Both the position numbers and the translations under genes were made by a program. A DNA stretch of 64,000 nt from a virus, in the IMG/VR virus record IMGVR_UViG_3300030061_003198. One strand, given 5' to 3'. The notes beneath the pieces were generated by a model. It did no database searches. It worked only from the letters and a program-made list of their open reading frames with translations, and was not told the DNA's origin. Of the stretch, positions 27,434 through 37,306 are shown piece by piece (the stretch's first letter is position 1; each line of letters begins with the position of its first letter).

Positions 27434-30265
27434 TTACGGCCTTTTTAATGATTTATATGTTATTTCTGATCCTGATGGGATTGTTACTAAATATTTTATT
27501 GTTGTGTTTGATGTAGGAAGAAAATCCATATCATAACGAAGTCTTAATCCATTAATAAATACTTCTAGGTATTCATATACAGATGATGAAACAAATGTTA
27601 AACTATCTGGCAATGGTACTGTCGCTCCTGATGATGTTATTTCGGTAACGTTATAATATTTAACTATTGGATTAATTAATGGTAATGATTCGATATCAAC
27701 ATATGATGCAGTTACCGCATGAGACGATGTGATCGAATATGATGCCGTTAGGCTATTTGTTACGCCTTGTACGCCAGTAATAGATCCTGTTACTAATAAT
27801 GAACCAGTTATCTGTAGATCGTTTGTTGTCGCATAATATGACCCCGTTTGATGGAATATTCCAGAAGTTATTCCTGTTAATTGTGAACCATCCCCTACAA
27901 AGTATGCTGCTGATGCTGTACTAGCAAATATTAAATCTCCTGTTGTTAATGATCCAGAAATTGCATGAATAATTCCGTTTCCAATTCTAAGCTGGTTATT
28001 AAAGTTGGTACTATTAACACCCACATTTTCGTGACCTATTAAAATATTATAATCACCATAACGAAGATCGTGTCCTGCTTGATATCCAATTAATGTATTA
28101 CCATCATTATCGGTAAAATATCTGCCAGCTTGATATCCTACTGCCACGTTATTAGTTGCTGATGTTAGCCCCCAATAGCTAGCAATACCTGCTCCTAAAA
28201 ATACATTGTAGTTTGATGTGCTGCTATCACCACTATGTCCGGTACCAGTTTGATTACCAATATAAACATTAGCACTACCATTACCATATCGCCCATTATA
28301 AGCACCAATCAAGATACTACTATTTTGATCTCCAAACTCGCCAGTATAAGAACCTAAAAATATATTTTTTGATTCTGTGTTAGTGTCTCTTCTACCAGCA
28401 TGATATCCAATTGTAATATTATCATCTCCAGTAGTTAATCCTCGCGATGAGCTTTCACCCATTATAATGTTTCGTTCTCCTCCAGCTTCTAATGATCCTG
28501 CAGCACCTTTACCTATAATAATATTATCACCTTTTTGCGGAATAAAAGATCCTGATATTGTTAATGAACCAGTTATTTGAGTATCAGTGTTGATTTGTAA
28601 TCCTTTATCAGGAGCAATTGATGCGGTAACGCTACCACTTGCAATTCTAGATAAGTTTAATCCAGTTATCCCTGATGCTGGTATATTAGTAATGCCAGAA
28701 CCATTACCTACATAGCTACCACTAAAGCTTCCACTAAAAACACCATTTCCGCTTTGAGCAAATGAAGCAGTATCAGCATAGCTGGAAGATACTTCTTTTA
28801 TTATTTCATGGGATGAACTTATTGCATAAGATGCAGATACTGCGTATGATGATGAAATTATTCCTGTTAATTGCGAACCATCACCTAAATAAGTTCCAAA
28901 GGATGATGTTGATGTTGTAGAGCCTGATATATTTCCAGAAAATATTGTTCTAGTATTATTTATATCTTGCCAATCCTCTGTATCATTCTTTCCTATTTTA
29001 ACATACGCTGCGTTACCAGTACTTTTAATATGTGCCCAATTGACTTGTCCTAGACGAATACCAGCTGGTGTGCCACCACCGTTACTATAAAAATGTCCTA
29101 TAGTATTACTAGTATTAGCAGTTAAAAACATTCCTCCAAAAGCCCCTGCTAATTTAACATGATATCCAGCATCATTGTCAGCACCGGTAAGTGTAATCAT
29201 TTGGTTAGAATGAATATATGATTGTTCATTATTTCCGCCGCCGTTGCCAGATCCAACTGCAGATAATTCTAATGTTGCTTGAGACCCATCATCTCCACCT
29301 GTTAATACAATTCCAGCTCCTTCTGTATATACAGGCGTGCTATTTTCGACCGAATCATATATATGTAATCTCGTACGATCGTTGCTGCCTGATATTCTAA
29401 TAGCATTTGTAGGAGCATTTGGTAAAAGAATATCTGAATTATGTGATCCGGATATTGTTAATGATCCTGTTATCTTAGCATTTGTATTAACAATAAATCC
29501 TTTATCGGGAGCAATTGATGCAGTAGCTGATCCGGACGCAATTCTAGATAAATTTAATCCAGTTATACCAGATGCTGGTATATTAGTAAGGCCGGAACCA
29601 TTACCTTGAAAAGATCCAGAAAAAGAACCCGAAGCTACTCTCGCATCTGCAATATATATATTTCCTGCCATCGGAGCATGTGCTGTACATTGATATTTTA
29701 GATGGGTTGGTCCGTCCATTGGCACATCAAATGATAAAAATCCTAATTGTACTCCGTTATTTATAATCCCTGTATTAAATGCACTACCTCCTAAATCTTG
29801 AATTTGGAACGGGTGAGCATTCATAGGATTATAAAATCTATATTTTTGTCCTCTAGTTAACTGTATATCTGGGTTTTGTTCTGTGCCATTTAAATCTCCA
29901 GGTCCGGTAAAGTAGTAATAGTTACTACCGCCGTCTGCTCCTAAAGTCCATGTTGACATATTAATATCAAATGTTGTAATTGATCCAGATACATATAATG
30001 AACCAGTTAAATCAACATCTTGTTGTAACGGACTTATATATGATGCAGTGTCTGCAGTGTTAGCGTGAGATGATGAAATTTCTTTTATTATTTCATGTGA
30101 TGCTGATATTGCATATGAAGCTGTTATTGCATATGAAGCTGATATTGCAGGTATCCCGCCTCCAATATTTGATAATAATGATCCATCGCCCTGAAAAGAT
30201 CCAGAGAATGATCCAGATAATGATAAATCATTTCTAAATTGTTTGCTATTAAATAATCTTCCCAT
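27434..30265 (-). CDS. Tail fibre-like protein with internal duplication, cupredoxin-like module and NxxIG beta-roll repeats
   Basis: Duplicated NIPASGITGLNLSRIASGS..ASIAPDKG and HEIIKE blocks; HPFQI...YQCTAHAPMAG; NIIIG/NITIG/NVYIG repeats. Confidence 0.7.
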   Translation of the reverse strand: MGRLFNSKQFRNDLSLSGSFSGSFQGDGSLLSNIGGGIPAISASYAITASYAISASHEIIKEISSSHANTADTASYISPLQQDVDLTGSLYVSGSITTFDINMSTWTLGADGGSNYYYFTGPGDLNGTEQNPDIQLTRGQKYRFYNPMNAHPFQIQDLGGSAFNTGIINNGVQLGFLSFDVPMDGPTHLKYQCTAHAPMAGNIYIADARVASGSFSGSFQGNGSGLTNIPASGITGLNLSRIASGSATASIAPDKGFIVNTNAKITGSLTISGSHNSDILLPNAPTNAIRISGSNDRTRLHIYDSVENSTPVYTEGAGIVLTGGDDGSQATLELSAVGSGNGGGNNEQSYIHSNQMITLTGADNDAGYHVKLAGAFGGMFLTANTSNTIGHFYSNGGGTPAGIRLGQVNWAHIKSTGNAAYVKIGKNDTEDWQDINNTRTIFSGNISGSTTSTSSFGTYLGDGSQLTGIISSSYAVSASYAISSSHEIIKEVSSSYADTASFAQSGNGVFSGSFSGSYVGNGSGITNIPASGITGLNLSRIASGSVTASIAPDKGLQINTDTQITGSLTISGSFIPQKGDNIIIGKGAAGSLEAGGERNIIMGESSSRGLTTGDDNITIGYHAGRRDTNTESKNIFLGSYTGEFGDQNSSILIGAYNGRYGNGSANVYIGNQTGTGHSGDSSTSNYNVFLGAGIASYWGLTSATNNVAVGYQAGRYFTDNDGNTLIGYQAGHDLRYGDYNILIGHENVGVNSTNFNNQLRIGNGIIHAISGSLTTGDLIFASTASAAYFVGDGSQLTGITSGIFHQTGSYYATTNDLQITGSLLVTGSITGVQGVTNSLTASYSITSSHAVTASYVDIESLPLINPIVKYYNVTEITSSGATVPLPDSLTFVSSSVYEYLEVFINGLRLRYDMDFLPTSNTTIKYLVTIPSGSEITYKSLKRP

Positions 30266-31512
30266 TAACTAGTACTCCATCTACCATTAATTACAACTGT
30301 ATCAGATGATGCAATTTCATATCCTAACGAACCGGTATTAAAGTCTAATGTCTGTACAGCCGATACTGAAGGTGTCCATTCATATAAATATTTATCGATA
30401 TACTGTCCGTTTATATATACATCAAATTCATTTTTAGTAGCAGCTGCCGATGTTATTGGATTTAATGCTGCTGAACCTGTAACTGCAATAGTGTCTGCGT
30501 CTGAAAAAGATCCTGATATATCAGATAGTTCAGTTATGTATAGCATTGTTGCTGCATCGATAGTTCCGCCACCGCCACCAGCACTACCGCCGTCATTTGA
30601 TACTAATACAGCATTTCCAGAAATAATATTTTGTTTTTGTTCTAATAATTGTTGCGGTATAGTTGTACTACCAAATAATATACTTGTATCTAAATCTATA
30701 ATAGTATCCCAAGATAATATCTTTGTAGAAAATCTTTTTTGTAATGTAGACATTTTAAATTCTTGTTCCGACAATAATGTCCCATTAACTGTTAATGGTA
30801 CCGTACATCTAACAATTCGATCGTCGCCAACCGTATTAACTGTTTCGAAACTCAAAGTTCGTATATATGTTTTATATTTGTTAAATTCATTGCCCCATGC
30901 AAATGTTCCAAATGGCATAATTTGTTCTACAATTGTATTCATTTGTGTAGTGAAATCAGTCCATATTAATAATTCATATTCTAAATCAACATATTCTGGC
31001 ACGTTAATTGTATAAATTTCATCGCTCTCTTTTGGTTGGGTATTAAATACTGGGTTGACATCGTCTTCATATCTATTTCGTTTATTGTATTTCTTTTTAT
31101 AAAATAATACATTTCCGGCCGCTGCTCTATTAATATCTAGTTTTCTTAACTGGTCTCTTTCTGCTAATGAATTTCTTTTTATAACTATGATAGGCGACTG
31201 CAACATTCCCTTTTCATCACGTAAATATCCTAGTCTTCTTACATTATCCCATTTTTCACCATTTGCAAAAATTACAGGAACATTTATTAATTCTCCATTT
31301 GCTTCAACTTGTGGCTGTATTTCATTATCTAAAAACCATTTTATTGCATAATCAATATCATATACGGTACGTTTTGGCGTTCGTACAACATCATCATCTC
31401 TTCGAACTTGATTAGCACGATTTAAAATTGGGTCAGGGCGTGTAGATTCTGAATTTTTTAACTCTGGCTTATTTGTTTTTCTATCGATATTTTGTATACG
31501 GTATCTAGGCAT
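30265..31512 (-). CDS. Tail terminator/sheath stabiliser (gp15-like) with C-terminal extension
   Basis: Follows the neck genes; VPEYVDLEYELLIWT...QMNTIVEQI pattern. Confidence 0.6.
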   Translation of the reverse strand: MPRYRIQNIDRKTNKPELKNSESTRPDPILNRANQVRRDDDVVRTPKRTVYDIDYAIKWFLDNEIQPQVEANGELINVPVIFANGEKWDNVRRLGYLRDEKGMLQSPIIVIKRNSLAERDQLRKLDINRAAAGNVLFYKKKYNKRNRYEDDVNPVFNTQPKESDEIYTINVPEYVDLEYELLIWTDFTTQMNTIVEQIMPFGTFAWGNEFNKYKTYIRTLSFETVNTVGDDRIVRCTVPLTVNGTLLSEQEFKMSTLQKRFSTKILSWDTIIDLDTSILFGSTTIPQQLLEQKQNIISGNAVLVSNDGGSAGGGGGTIDAATMLYITELSDISGSFSDADTIAVTGSAALNPITSAAATKNEFDVYINGQYIDKYLYEWTPSVSAVQTLDFNTGSLGYEIASSDTVVINGRWSTS

Positions 31513-32036
31513 TAACCAAATCCTTTATATGAATTATCATCATTTGGAGATCCAAATCTCATTTTTCTAATATTAGTAGGGGTTTGTCTTGTTACATGAG
31601 CATCACATAAAACAGATACACTATATCCAAATTTATCGCCATTTGGCCAAGTTTCTGGATTCTTTCCTGCAAAATATTCATTTGCATCTACATTATCTAA
31701 TTCATAAAATTCATTATCCCATTTTACAATATCTCCAGATTCTGGATAGAAATCTGCTTTTACTAATATATCTCTAGATATTCCAAATTGAGCCGTACGT
31801 GTATATGAATGTCCATAATCATCCATATTAGAAGTTTTTCCTTCTTTTGTAATTAACGCTGGTATTAGTATTGAATTAAAATATGATTTAGATGTAGATT
31901 CGCCATATATATTTGAATTGGATTGTTCAACAACCAATTTAAAAAATTCTATTTCTGTATCTACTATTGCATTTAATAATTCTGCATTAATAGATGCTAG
32001 AAATTTTGCGTCTCTTTGAGTTCCAAATAAAGCCAT
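31512..32036 (-). CDS. Neck/head-completion protein (gp14-like)
   Basis: NIYGES...PESGDIVKW..EFYEL pattern and synteny. Confidence 0.6.
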   Translation of the reverse strand: MALFGTQRDAKFLASINAELLNAIVDTEIEFFKLVVEQSNSNIYGESTSKSYFNSILIPALITKEGKTSNMDDYGHSYTRTAQFGISRDILVKADFYPESGDIVKWDNEFYELDNVDANEYFAGKNPETWPNGDKFGYSVSVLCDAHVTRQTPTNIRKMRFGSPNDDNSYKGFG

Positions 32037-32037
32037 A

Positions 32038-33261
32038 TTATCCTATATAAATTTTTGTTGGTACCTTTGACAAAATTTCATTCATTGCATCGTTTTCTGC
32101 TTGTTGTCTTGTCATCATACTTTCTTTAGTCATTTTTTCTAAAAATTCTCGTAATTGAGTAATCAATGTTTCTTTTTCTGTTTGCCCTTGTGATACTAAA
32201 TCTGATCCGTTTAATGTTACTTCTGAATTTGGAATTGGTATTGAAGAATATTTTCCTCTTACATATCCTAACATTTCTTTTACTAACGAAGCTCCGTAAC
32301 GATATATCCAAGCTCTGCCCATATCATTAATTTTAGAATATTTTTGATATTTATACGGAATATTTGACGCATCACTTACTACACTATTCATAACTGCAGT
32401 ATTTCCGAATAACAACGCATCTTTAACTTTATCTTCTTCGAATAAAAATTCAAACCAAACTGTTTTAAAATATGGTGTTGCTGCAGTTCCTTGAGTGCCT
32501 GGTACTGGAAATAATTTTATATCATCTCCGTGTAGTTCAAAAGAAAAATGTGATTTTCTAATTTGATCATTGAATTCAATTGATTGTATTCTTAATAGAT
32601 CTTGATGTATTGGCATCATCATGAAATTAACAGATGGTGAAAAGCCACCAAAGTCAAATGAATCCAATAATTGTTGTGAACCTAAACCTGTACCAACAAA
32701 AGGATCAAAATATCTAACAATTGCTGGAGGAACGTGATGTAATACTCTTTTAATTTCTATTGAACTACTATTTGTTAATTCAATTCCCAATGATTTAGAT
32801 ACTGCAGTACGTATACTATATGATTGCTGGCCTGGCTTAATATCTATAGAAGCAGAATACCATTTTACATTTCCTCCAGAATCTGCTTCAGTTCCATATG
32901 CTTTTGAAAGTTTTGTTATATAAGATAATGAGCTTCCTATTAATGTATCTGAAAATCCGGAATCATTTAAGAAACTAGAGCCGGTATTAATGCCTAATGT
33001 ATTTAATAAATTATTTGTAATATTAACTTGATTAACTTGATTAGAATATTCAATTACTGCTGATTCGAATGCATTATAAAAATTTATGTCTAATAATTCA
33101 ACATCCATTATTGGATATCCAACATTTTGAGCTGCATGGTTTGCAAAACTATCTGCTTGTTGCTGAAACATTACGTCATTATCAAAAAATCCAAATGGAG
33201 TTTTTCCTACACTAAATGACGAACTTCCGGGCCATATGGGTTTATTTTCACTATAATCCAT
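32038..33261 (-). CDS. Neck protein (gp13-like)
   Basis: GYPIMDVEL...WIYRY..LVKEMLGYVRGKY..IPIP..VTLNG motifs. Confidence 0.75.
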   Translation of the reverse strand: MDYSENKPIWPGSSSFSVGKTPFGFFDNDVMFQQQADSFANHAAQNVGYPIMDVELLDINFYNAFESAVIEYSNQVNQVNITNNLLNTLGINTGSSFLNDSGFSDTLIGSSLSYITKLSKAYGTEADSGGNVKWYSASIDIKPGQQSYSIRTAVSKSLGIELTNSSSIEIKRVLHHVPPAIVRYFDPFVGTGLGSQQLLDSFDFGGFSPSVNFMMMPIHQDLLRIQSIEFNDQIRKSHFSFELHGDDIKLFPVPGTQGTAATPYFKTVWFEFLFEEDKVKDALLFGNTAVMNSVVSDASNIPYKYQKYSKINDMGRAWIYRYGASLVKEMLGYVRGKYSSIPIPNSEVTLNGSDLVSQGQTEKETLITQLREFLEKMTKESMMTRQQAENDAMNEILSKVPTKIYIG

Positions 33262-33279
33262 GTTGTAATTGCCTTTTTT

Positions 33280-33287
33280 TATAAATA
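33280..33287 (-). promoter_or_regulatory. Putative late promoter TATTTATA
   Basis: Upstream of the neck gene. Confidence 0.65.
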
Positions 33288-33563
33288 TTAATTAAGTTTT
33301 GTTAAAGTAGTTTCTAGCAATTGCATTTGTTCTAATGTTTCAATTTTACCAACGCACATCTTTCTAATTGCATGAAATGATTTTTTTGCAGGATATGGGG
33401 TCATAATTTTAACTGTTATTAATTCTGCTCCCTTTCCTAAGTCTTGTTCTATATGAACCATTAAAACCATTCGTATTGCTCGTATACGATCTAAACAATC
33501 AACAAGATTGCCTTTATAACGAATTCTCATCTGCATTGAATATTTTACTCTTGGGACTGCCAT
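33288..33563 (-). CDS. Hypothetical protein
   Basis: 91 aa with its own late motif upstream. Confidence 0.65.
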   Translation of the reverse strand: MAVPRVKYSMQMRIRYKGNLVDCLDRIRAIRMVLMVHIEQDLGKGAELITVKIMTPYPAKKSFHAIRKMCVGKIETLEQMQLLETTLTKLN

Positions 33564-33581
33564 GATTACTATTTCTTTTTA

Positions 33582-33589
33582 TATAAATA
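33582..33589 (-). promoter_or_regulatory. Putative late promoter TATTTATA
   Basis: Just after the capsid terminator. Confidence 0.65.
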
Positions 33590-33591
33590 TC

Positions 33592-33626
33592 AAAACAGTA
33601 AGAAAGGGATGAAAAAATCATCCCTT
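33592..33626 (-). terminator. Intrinsic terminator after the major capsid gene
   Basis: Minus strand AAGGGATGA-TTTT-TCATCCCTT followed by TCTTACTGTTTT. Confidence 0.8.
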
Positions 33627-33678
33627 CCAAACTCAATCGTTAATTTGTTAATTAATAAATTTTAAATTTAGTTAATTA

Positions 33679-35367
33679 TTAAATTTGATCTACACCTGAT
33701 ACATATACTTTTCCGTAGAATTCCGGTCTTACAACTTTCTTCGCATAACGAGTCATAACGCCTTTTCTAGGAGTAAAGTTAACAGGATCGTACACTAATG
33801 GAGTCATGATAAGTGGCACGTATGGAGAATAAACTGCTCCTGTTTCAAGGAACTGCGCTCCTCTATATCCCATAAGGATTACGTTTTCTTTCATGTATGG
33901 GTTCTTATAAACTGTGTATCTATTATTAATAGCACCAATTTTTTGAACACCAGCGGCAAATTCCATTTTGTTACCATCTGTGTCTGCAGCAAATCCTGGA
34001 ATAGATTCTAAGATAGTTGCTACTTGTGGAGATGTAACTAAGAAATTCGCTCCACCCCTTAGGGTTTTTTGATGAATTGCATTAGATACTTTTTGAAGTT
34101 TAGTACCAAGTGTCTGGAACCATTCTCCTTGAGTATTGTAATACCCTCCACCAGATACGTCTTTACCAACAAATGCTGTTTTTGACGCATTAATGAATTG
34201 ATTAGATATTGCTGACCAATACTCAGTAGTTGGAGCAGCGTTAATTAACATATCTAATATTTCAAGATCAATTTCCATTGATACATATTCACTTAACATT
34301 GAAGTTAATTCAGCTTCAGCGTCAATTGAGTGGTATGCATTTAAATCTTGCGCAAATTCAGGTGTCCATACAGCCTTTAACTTTCTAGTCTTAGCTACAA
34401 TTGCATCTGATTGCATTTCAAGATTTACTTCTGGAATGTCAATATCAGTACCATTATCGATACCAGTATTTACGCCAGATCCAGCAAATGGATTCGTGTC
34501 TTCAAAATCACCTCTAGTAACATCAGTAGGTTGTTTGCTATATGCTACTGCATATGGTCCTGTTACGCCTAATGCTGCGCCTGATCCTGTAATTACAAAT
34601 TCAAGATTACCACCACTTAATTTTGTAAATGCTGGATATTGTGTGAATGTTGTTTGTCCTGCTACGTGGAAGGATCCTGATGATAATACAAATGATCTAA
34701 CTGCAGTGTCATCAAATCCTGCGATTGATGCAGTTGGTACAGCTAATACTTTAAATTGTGCTAAGTCACCATTGTTAACTGATGCTCTTCCGGCAGTAAA
34801 TAAAGTATCAAAATTAACAGATGCTGATGTAGCAGCTGAGATTGTACATGCGCCATTTGCAGTTGAAGCTGTTGCTTCGTTAATTGAGTAAGCAAATCTA
34901 CCAGCGCCATAAAGACCGCCTGATGCATCTGCAGCGTCTGATGTAACACCAAACATTGAGTTATTAGCATCTGGAGACCCATAAGGTATTGGGTTAGATG
35001 TACCGCCAGTATTTGAAAATCCTGGTTGTGCTGTACCATATTTAAAATCTAAATAAAATACTAGTCCTGATGGTAGATTCATTGGTTGTACAGAAACAAA
35101 TTCTTTTGCTGCAAATTCAGCAAAGATTCTTCTTACCAATGGAAGAGCTACACCAGACCATTCTTCAGAATTAGCTGCAGTACCTGTTGCAGATGCTTCT
35201 TTAACCAATTGTCTAGCTTGGTTTTCAAGAAGTTGAGCCATTCCTGATCTTTCGGTCTCACTTTTGAGGCCTTCTAATAATCCTGTCCTTTCCCATTTTG
35301 ATACTAACCCTTTGGCAGCATTTCTTTGGGATGGATTTGGATCATTTAATAATGATGAAATTTCCAT
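33679..35367 (-). CDS. gp23: Major capsid protein (gp23-like)
   Basis: VSVQPMNLPSGLVF, AKTRKLKAVWTPEFAQDL.AYH, YSPYVPL, GVMTRYA. Confidence 0.95.
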   Translation of the reverse strand: MEISSLLNDPNPSQRNAAKGLVSKWERTGLLEGLKSETERSGMAQLLENQARQLVKEASATGTAANSEEWSGVALPLVRRIFAEFAAKEFVSVQPMNLPSGLVFYLDFKYGTAQPGFSNTGGTSNPIPYGSPDANNSMFGVTSDAADASGGLYGAGRFAYSINEATASTANGACTISAATSASVNFDTLFTAGRASVNNGDLAQFKVLAVPTASIAGFDDTAVRSFVLSSGSFHVAGQTTFTQYPAFTKLSGGNLEFVITGSGAALGVTGPYAVAYSKQPTDVTRGDFEDTNPFAGSGVNTGIDNGTDIDIPEVNLEMQSDAIVAKTRKLKAVWTPEFAQDLNAYHSIDAEAELTSMLSEYVSMEIDLEILDMLINAAPTTEYWSAISNQFINASKTAFVGKDVSGGGYYNTQGEWFQTLGTKLQKVSNAIHQKTLRGGANFLVTSPQVATILESIPGFAADTDGNKMEFAAGVQKIGAINNRYTVYKNPYMKENVILMGYRGAQFLETGAVYSPYVPLIMTPLVYDPVNFTPRKGVMTRYAKKVVRPEFYGKVYVSGVDQI

Positions 35368-35384
35368 AATTTCTTTTTCCTTTT

Positions 35385-36443
35385 TTAATCAAGCAATCCA
35401 GCTAATTTTTTCCATCTATTAGCTAATTCATTGCCTTCGTTAATTATTTTTTTAGTTGTCGCACTAGGAGCAGTTGTCCCAGCTGGTTTAGAAGCGATTC
35501 CTTCTCTTACAATTTTCTTGCGCTTTTTGACCGGTACATGAAAACTTTCTGCTAATGTACTAAATACTAATTTTACTTCTCTTGTATTACCAGCTCTATC
35601 AAAATTTTCAATTACTTTCATTTTTTGATTTTCGTCTAATTCAAAGCTTCTAAATAATTTATTAGTATATAATAATTTTGCATTTAAAAGATTAACTTCG
35701 TTAATTGTGTCTCTTAAAGATTCGATGGTGTCATAAGCTTCTGTAAGTTCTTCTTCAAGTTTTTCTTCTTCTTTTGACCCTCTACCTTCTTTAGGATTTG
35801 AATGTTCATCACTAGGATCTTCATCCTCATCTTTTACCATTCCTCTACCTTCAGTTGGCATTTCTTTTTCATCGTCATCTTCTGAAAGAATTGATTCAAT
35901 GATTTCATCGATGTTGATTTCGTCTTGATCTTCTTCCCCTTCGGTAGTCAAATCTTGTTCTGCTTCAGCATCCATTTCATCTTCTTCATTCAAGTCTTCT
36001 TCTAATTCACGAATAATTTCTTCTAACTCTAGATCTTCATTGTACATGTCGTCTTCGCCAGCGGCTAATGCCATTGGATCCATCTCTGGTTCCATTTCTG
36101 GTTCTGCTTCTGATGGTACTTCTATTTCTGCTTCGGCATCCATTCCGCCGGCATCCATATCCATATCATCACCCATTCCGCTCATATCTAAATCATCGTC
36201 AGACGGCATTTCTGCGCCTGTTTCATCATCTTGATACATTACTTCATGTTCTTCAACTGGAGCTTCTGGAGCCATCATTTCTTCTTCGGCTTCCATTTCT
36301 TCTTCAGCTAATTTTGCAGATAACATACTTTGTATTCTAGGAGCAAAAGCTTCTTCTAATGCAATCTTTGCGTTGGCTAATGCAGTTTCTTTAACAGCTT
36401 TAGCATCCGCGATTGCTTCTTTAAGCAAATCTGATTTTGCCAT
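35385..36443 (-). CDS. Prohead scaffolding protein (gp22-like)
   Basis: Very acidic with many LxE/IxE sites; immediately upstream of the capsid gene; strong AAGGAG RBS. Confidence 0.75.
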   Translation of the reverse strand: MAKSDLLKEAIADAKAVKETALANAKIALEEAFAPRIQSMLSAKLAEEEMEAEEEMMAPEAPVEEHEVMYQDDETGAEMPSDDDLDMSGMGDDMDMDAGGMDAEAEIEVPSEAEPEMEPEMDPMALAAGEDDMYNEDLELEEIIRELEEDLNEEDEMDAEAEQDLTTEGEEDQDEINIDEIIESILSEDDDEKEMPTEGRGMVKDEDEDPSDEHSNPKEGRGSKEEEKLEEELTEAYDTIESLRDTINEVNLLNAKLLYTNKLFRSFELDENQKMKVIENFDRAGNTREVKLVFSTLAESFHVPVKKRKKIVREGIASKPAGTTAPSATTKKIINEGNELANRWKKLAGLLD

Positions 36444-36459
36444 TTTTGTTTCTCCTTAA

Positions 36460-36545
36460 ATTTATTTTGGAAATAAGATTATTATGAATCTTAATAGAAT
36501 AATTAATTGTAGTGACGTTATATAAGATCGATAACGTATTTACAA
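36460..36545 (-). promoter_or_regulatory. Structured 5' leader of the scaffold-capsid operon
   Basis: Two stems: TTGTA..ACGTTAT/ATAACGT..TACAA and TAAGATT/AATCTTA. Confidence 0.5.
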
Positions 36546-36551
36546 TAAATA
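36545..36551 (-). promoter_or_regulatory. Putative late promoter TATTTAT
   Basis: Upstream of the scaffold-capsid leader. Confidence 0.6.
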
Positions 36552-36563
36552 TAGACCAATTAC

Positions 36564-36600
36564 AAAAACAGTAAAAAAGCCCTAACATTTCTGCTAGGGC
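36564..36600 (-). terminator. Intrinsic terminator after bS21
   Basis: GCCCTAGCA-GAAA-TGTTAGGGC followed by TTTTTTACTGTTTTT. Confidence 0.85.
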
Positions 36601-36625
36601 CTTATATAATTTAAATATGTGCTAT

Positions 36626-36865
36626 TTAATATTGTTCTTCCATCGATCTTATCTGTTGTATGTAAATTGCTTTTATTTTTTGTTGTCGTTTACTTACACT
36701 AGGTTTTATATATTCTCGATTTTCTTTAAGATCATTTAAAATATCAGATGTTTTTAGCTTTCGTTTCCAAATTCGCAATGCAAAATTAATATCACGGTTA
36801 ACTACTTTTGCTCCTGTTGCATGTCCTGGAATAACTGATTGGTGGTGTTTTTGTTTTTTATTCAT
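36626..36865 (-). CDS. rpsU: Phage-encoded ribosomal protein bS21
   Basis: DINFALRIWKRK..DILNDLKENREYIKPSVSKR..KAIYIQ matches the bS21 signature (ALR.FKRK, KPS..R). Confidence 0.85.
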   Translation of the reverse strand: MNKKQKHHQSVIPGHATGAKVVNRDINFALRIWKRKLKTSDILNDLKENREYIKPSVSKRQQKIKAIYIQQIRSMEEQY

Positions 36866-36875
36866 GTATAACTTA

Positions 36876-37295
36876 TTATGGTGTTTGTATATTTGGGTTT
36901 TTTTGTACTGGCCTAGGGGCTTCTACAGGAGCTTCTGTAGGACTAGGTTGTTTAAGTGTGGTAAATTTAAATTTTTCAACTTCTGGTAATTGACTTATAA
37001 AGCCTTGAATTCTTTGTGATTCTTTGCCTGGATCTTCTCCGAGTCTAAAATAAAAAAATCCTTTTCCTGCAGCATCATCAAATTTTGTTTTTATAATATG
37101 CATTTTCTTTTTTGCAGCAAATTGTGTAATATCTTGTTTAACATCTAAAGCTGTTGCCGGGTCTATTAATTTATATAATACACCTCCACGATAGTCAGAT
37201 ATTTTATTTAATAAATCTGCTTCTTCTAATTCTGATGATTCGGTTACTGTAGTTATACCGAAAAATTTTCTATACATATCATTTAAATTTGACAT
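36876..37295 (-). CDS. Hypothetical protein co-transcribed with bS21
   Basis: 139 aa with a sigma70-like promoter upstream. Confidence 0.7.
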   Translation of the reverse strand: MSNLNDMYRKFFGITTVTESSELEEADLLNKISDYRGGVLYKLIDPATALDVKQDITQFAAKKKMHIIKTKFDDAAGKGFFYFRLGEDPGKESQRIQGFISQLPEVEKFKFTTLKQPSPTEAPVEAPRPVQKNPNIQTP

Positions 37296-37306
37296 TACTT
37301 ACCTTT

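Noticed and set aside
18503-30265. Diversity-generating retroelement in the fibre repeats
   Set aside because: No reverse transcriptase in the window; both copies of each repeat are coding, and differences look synonymous rather than adenine-specific.
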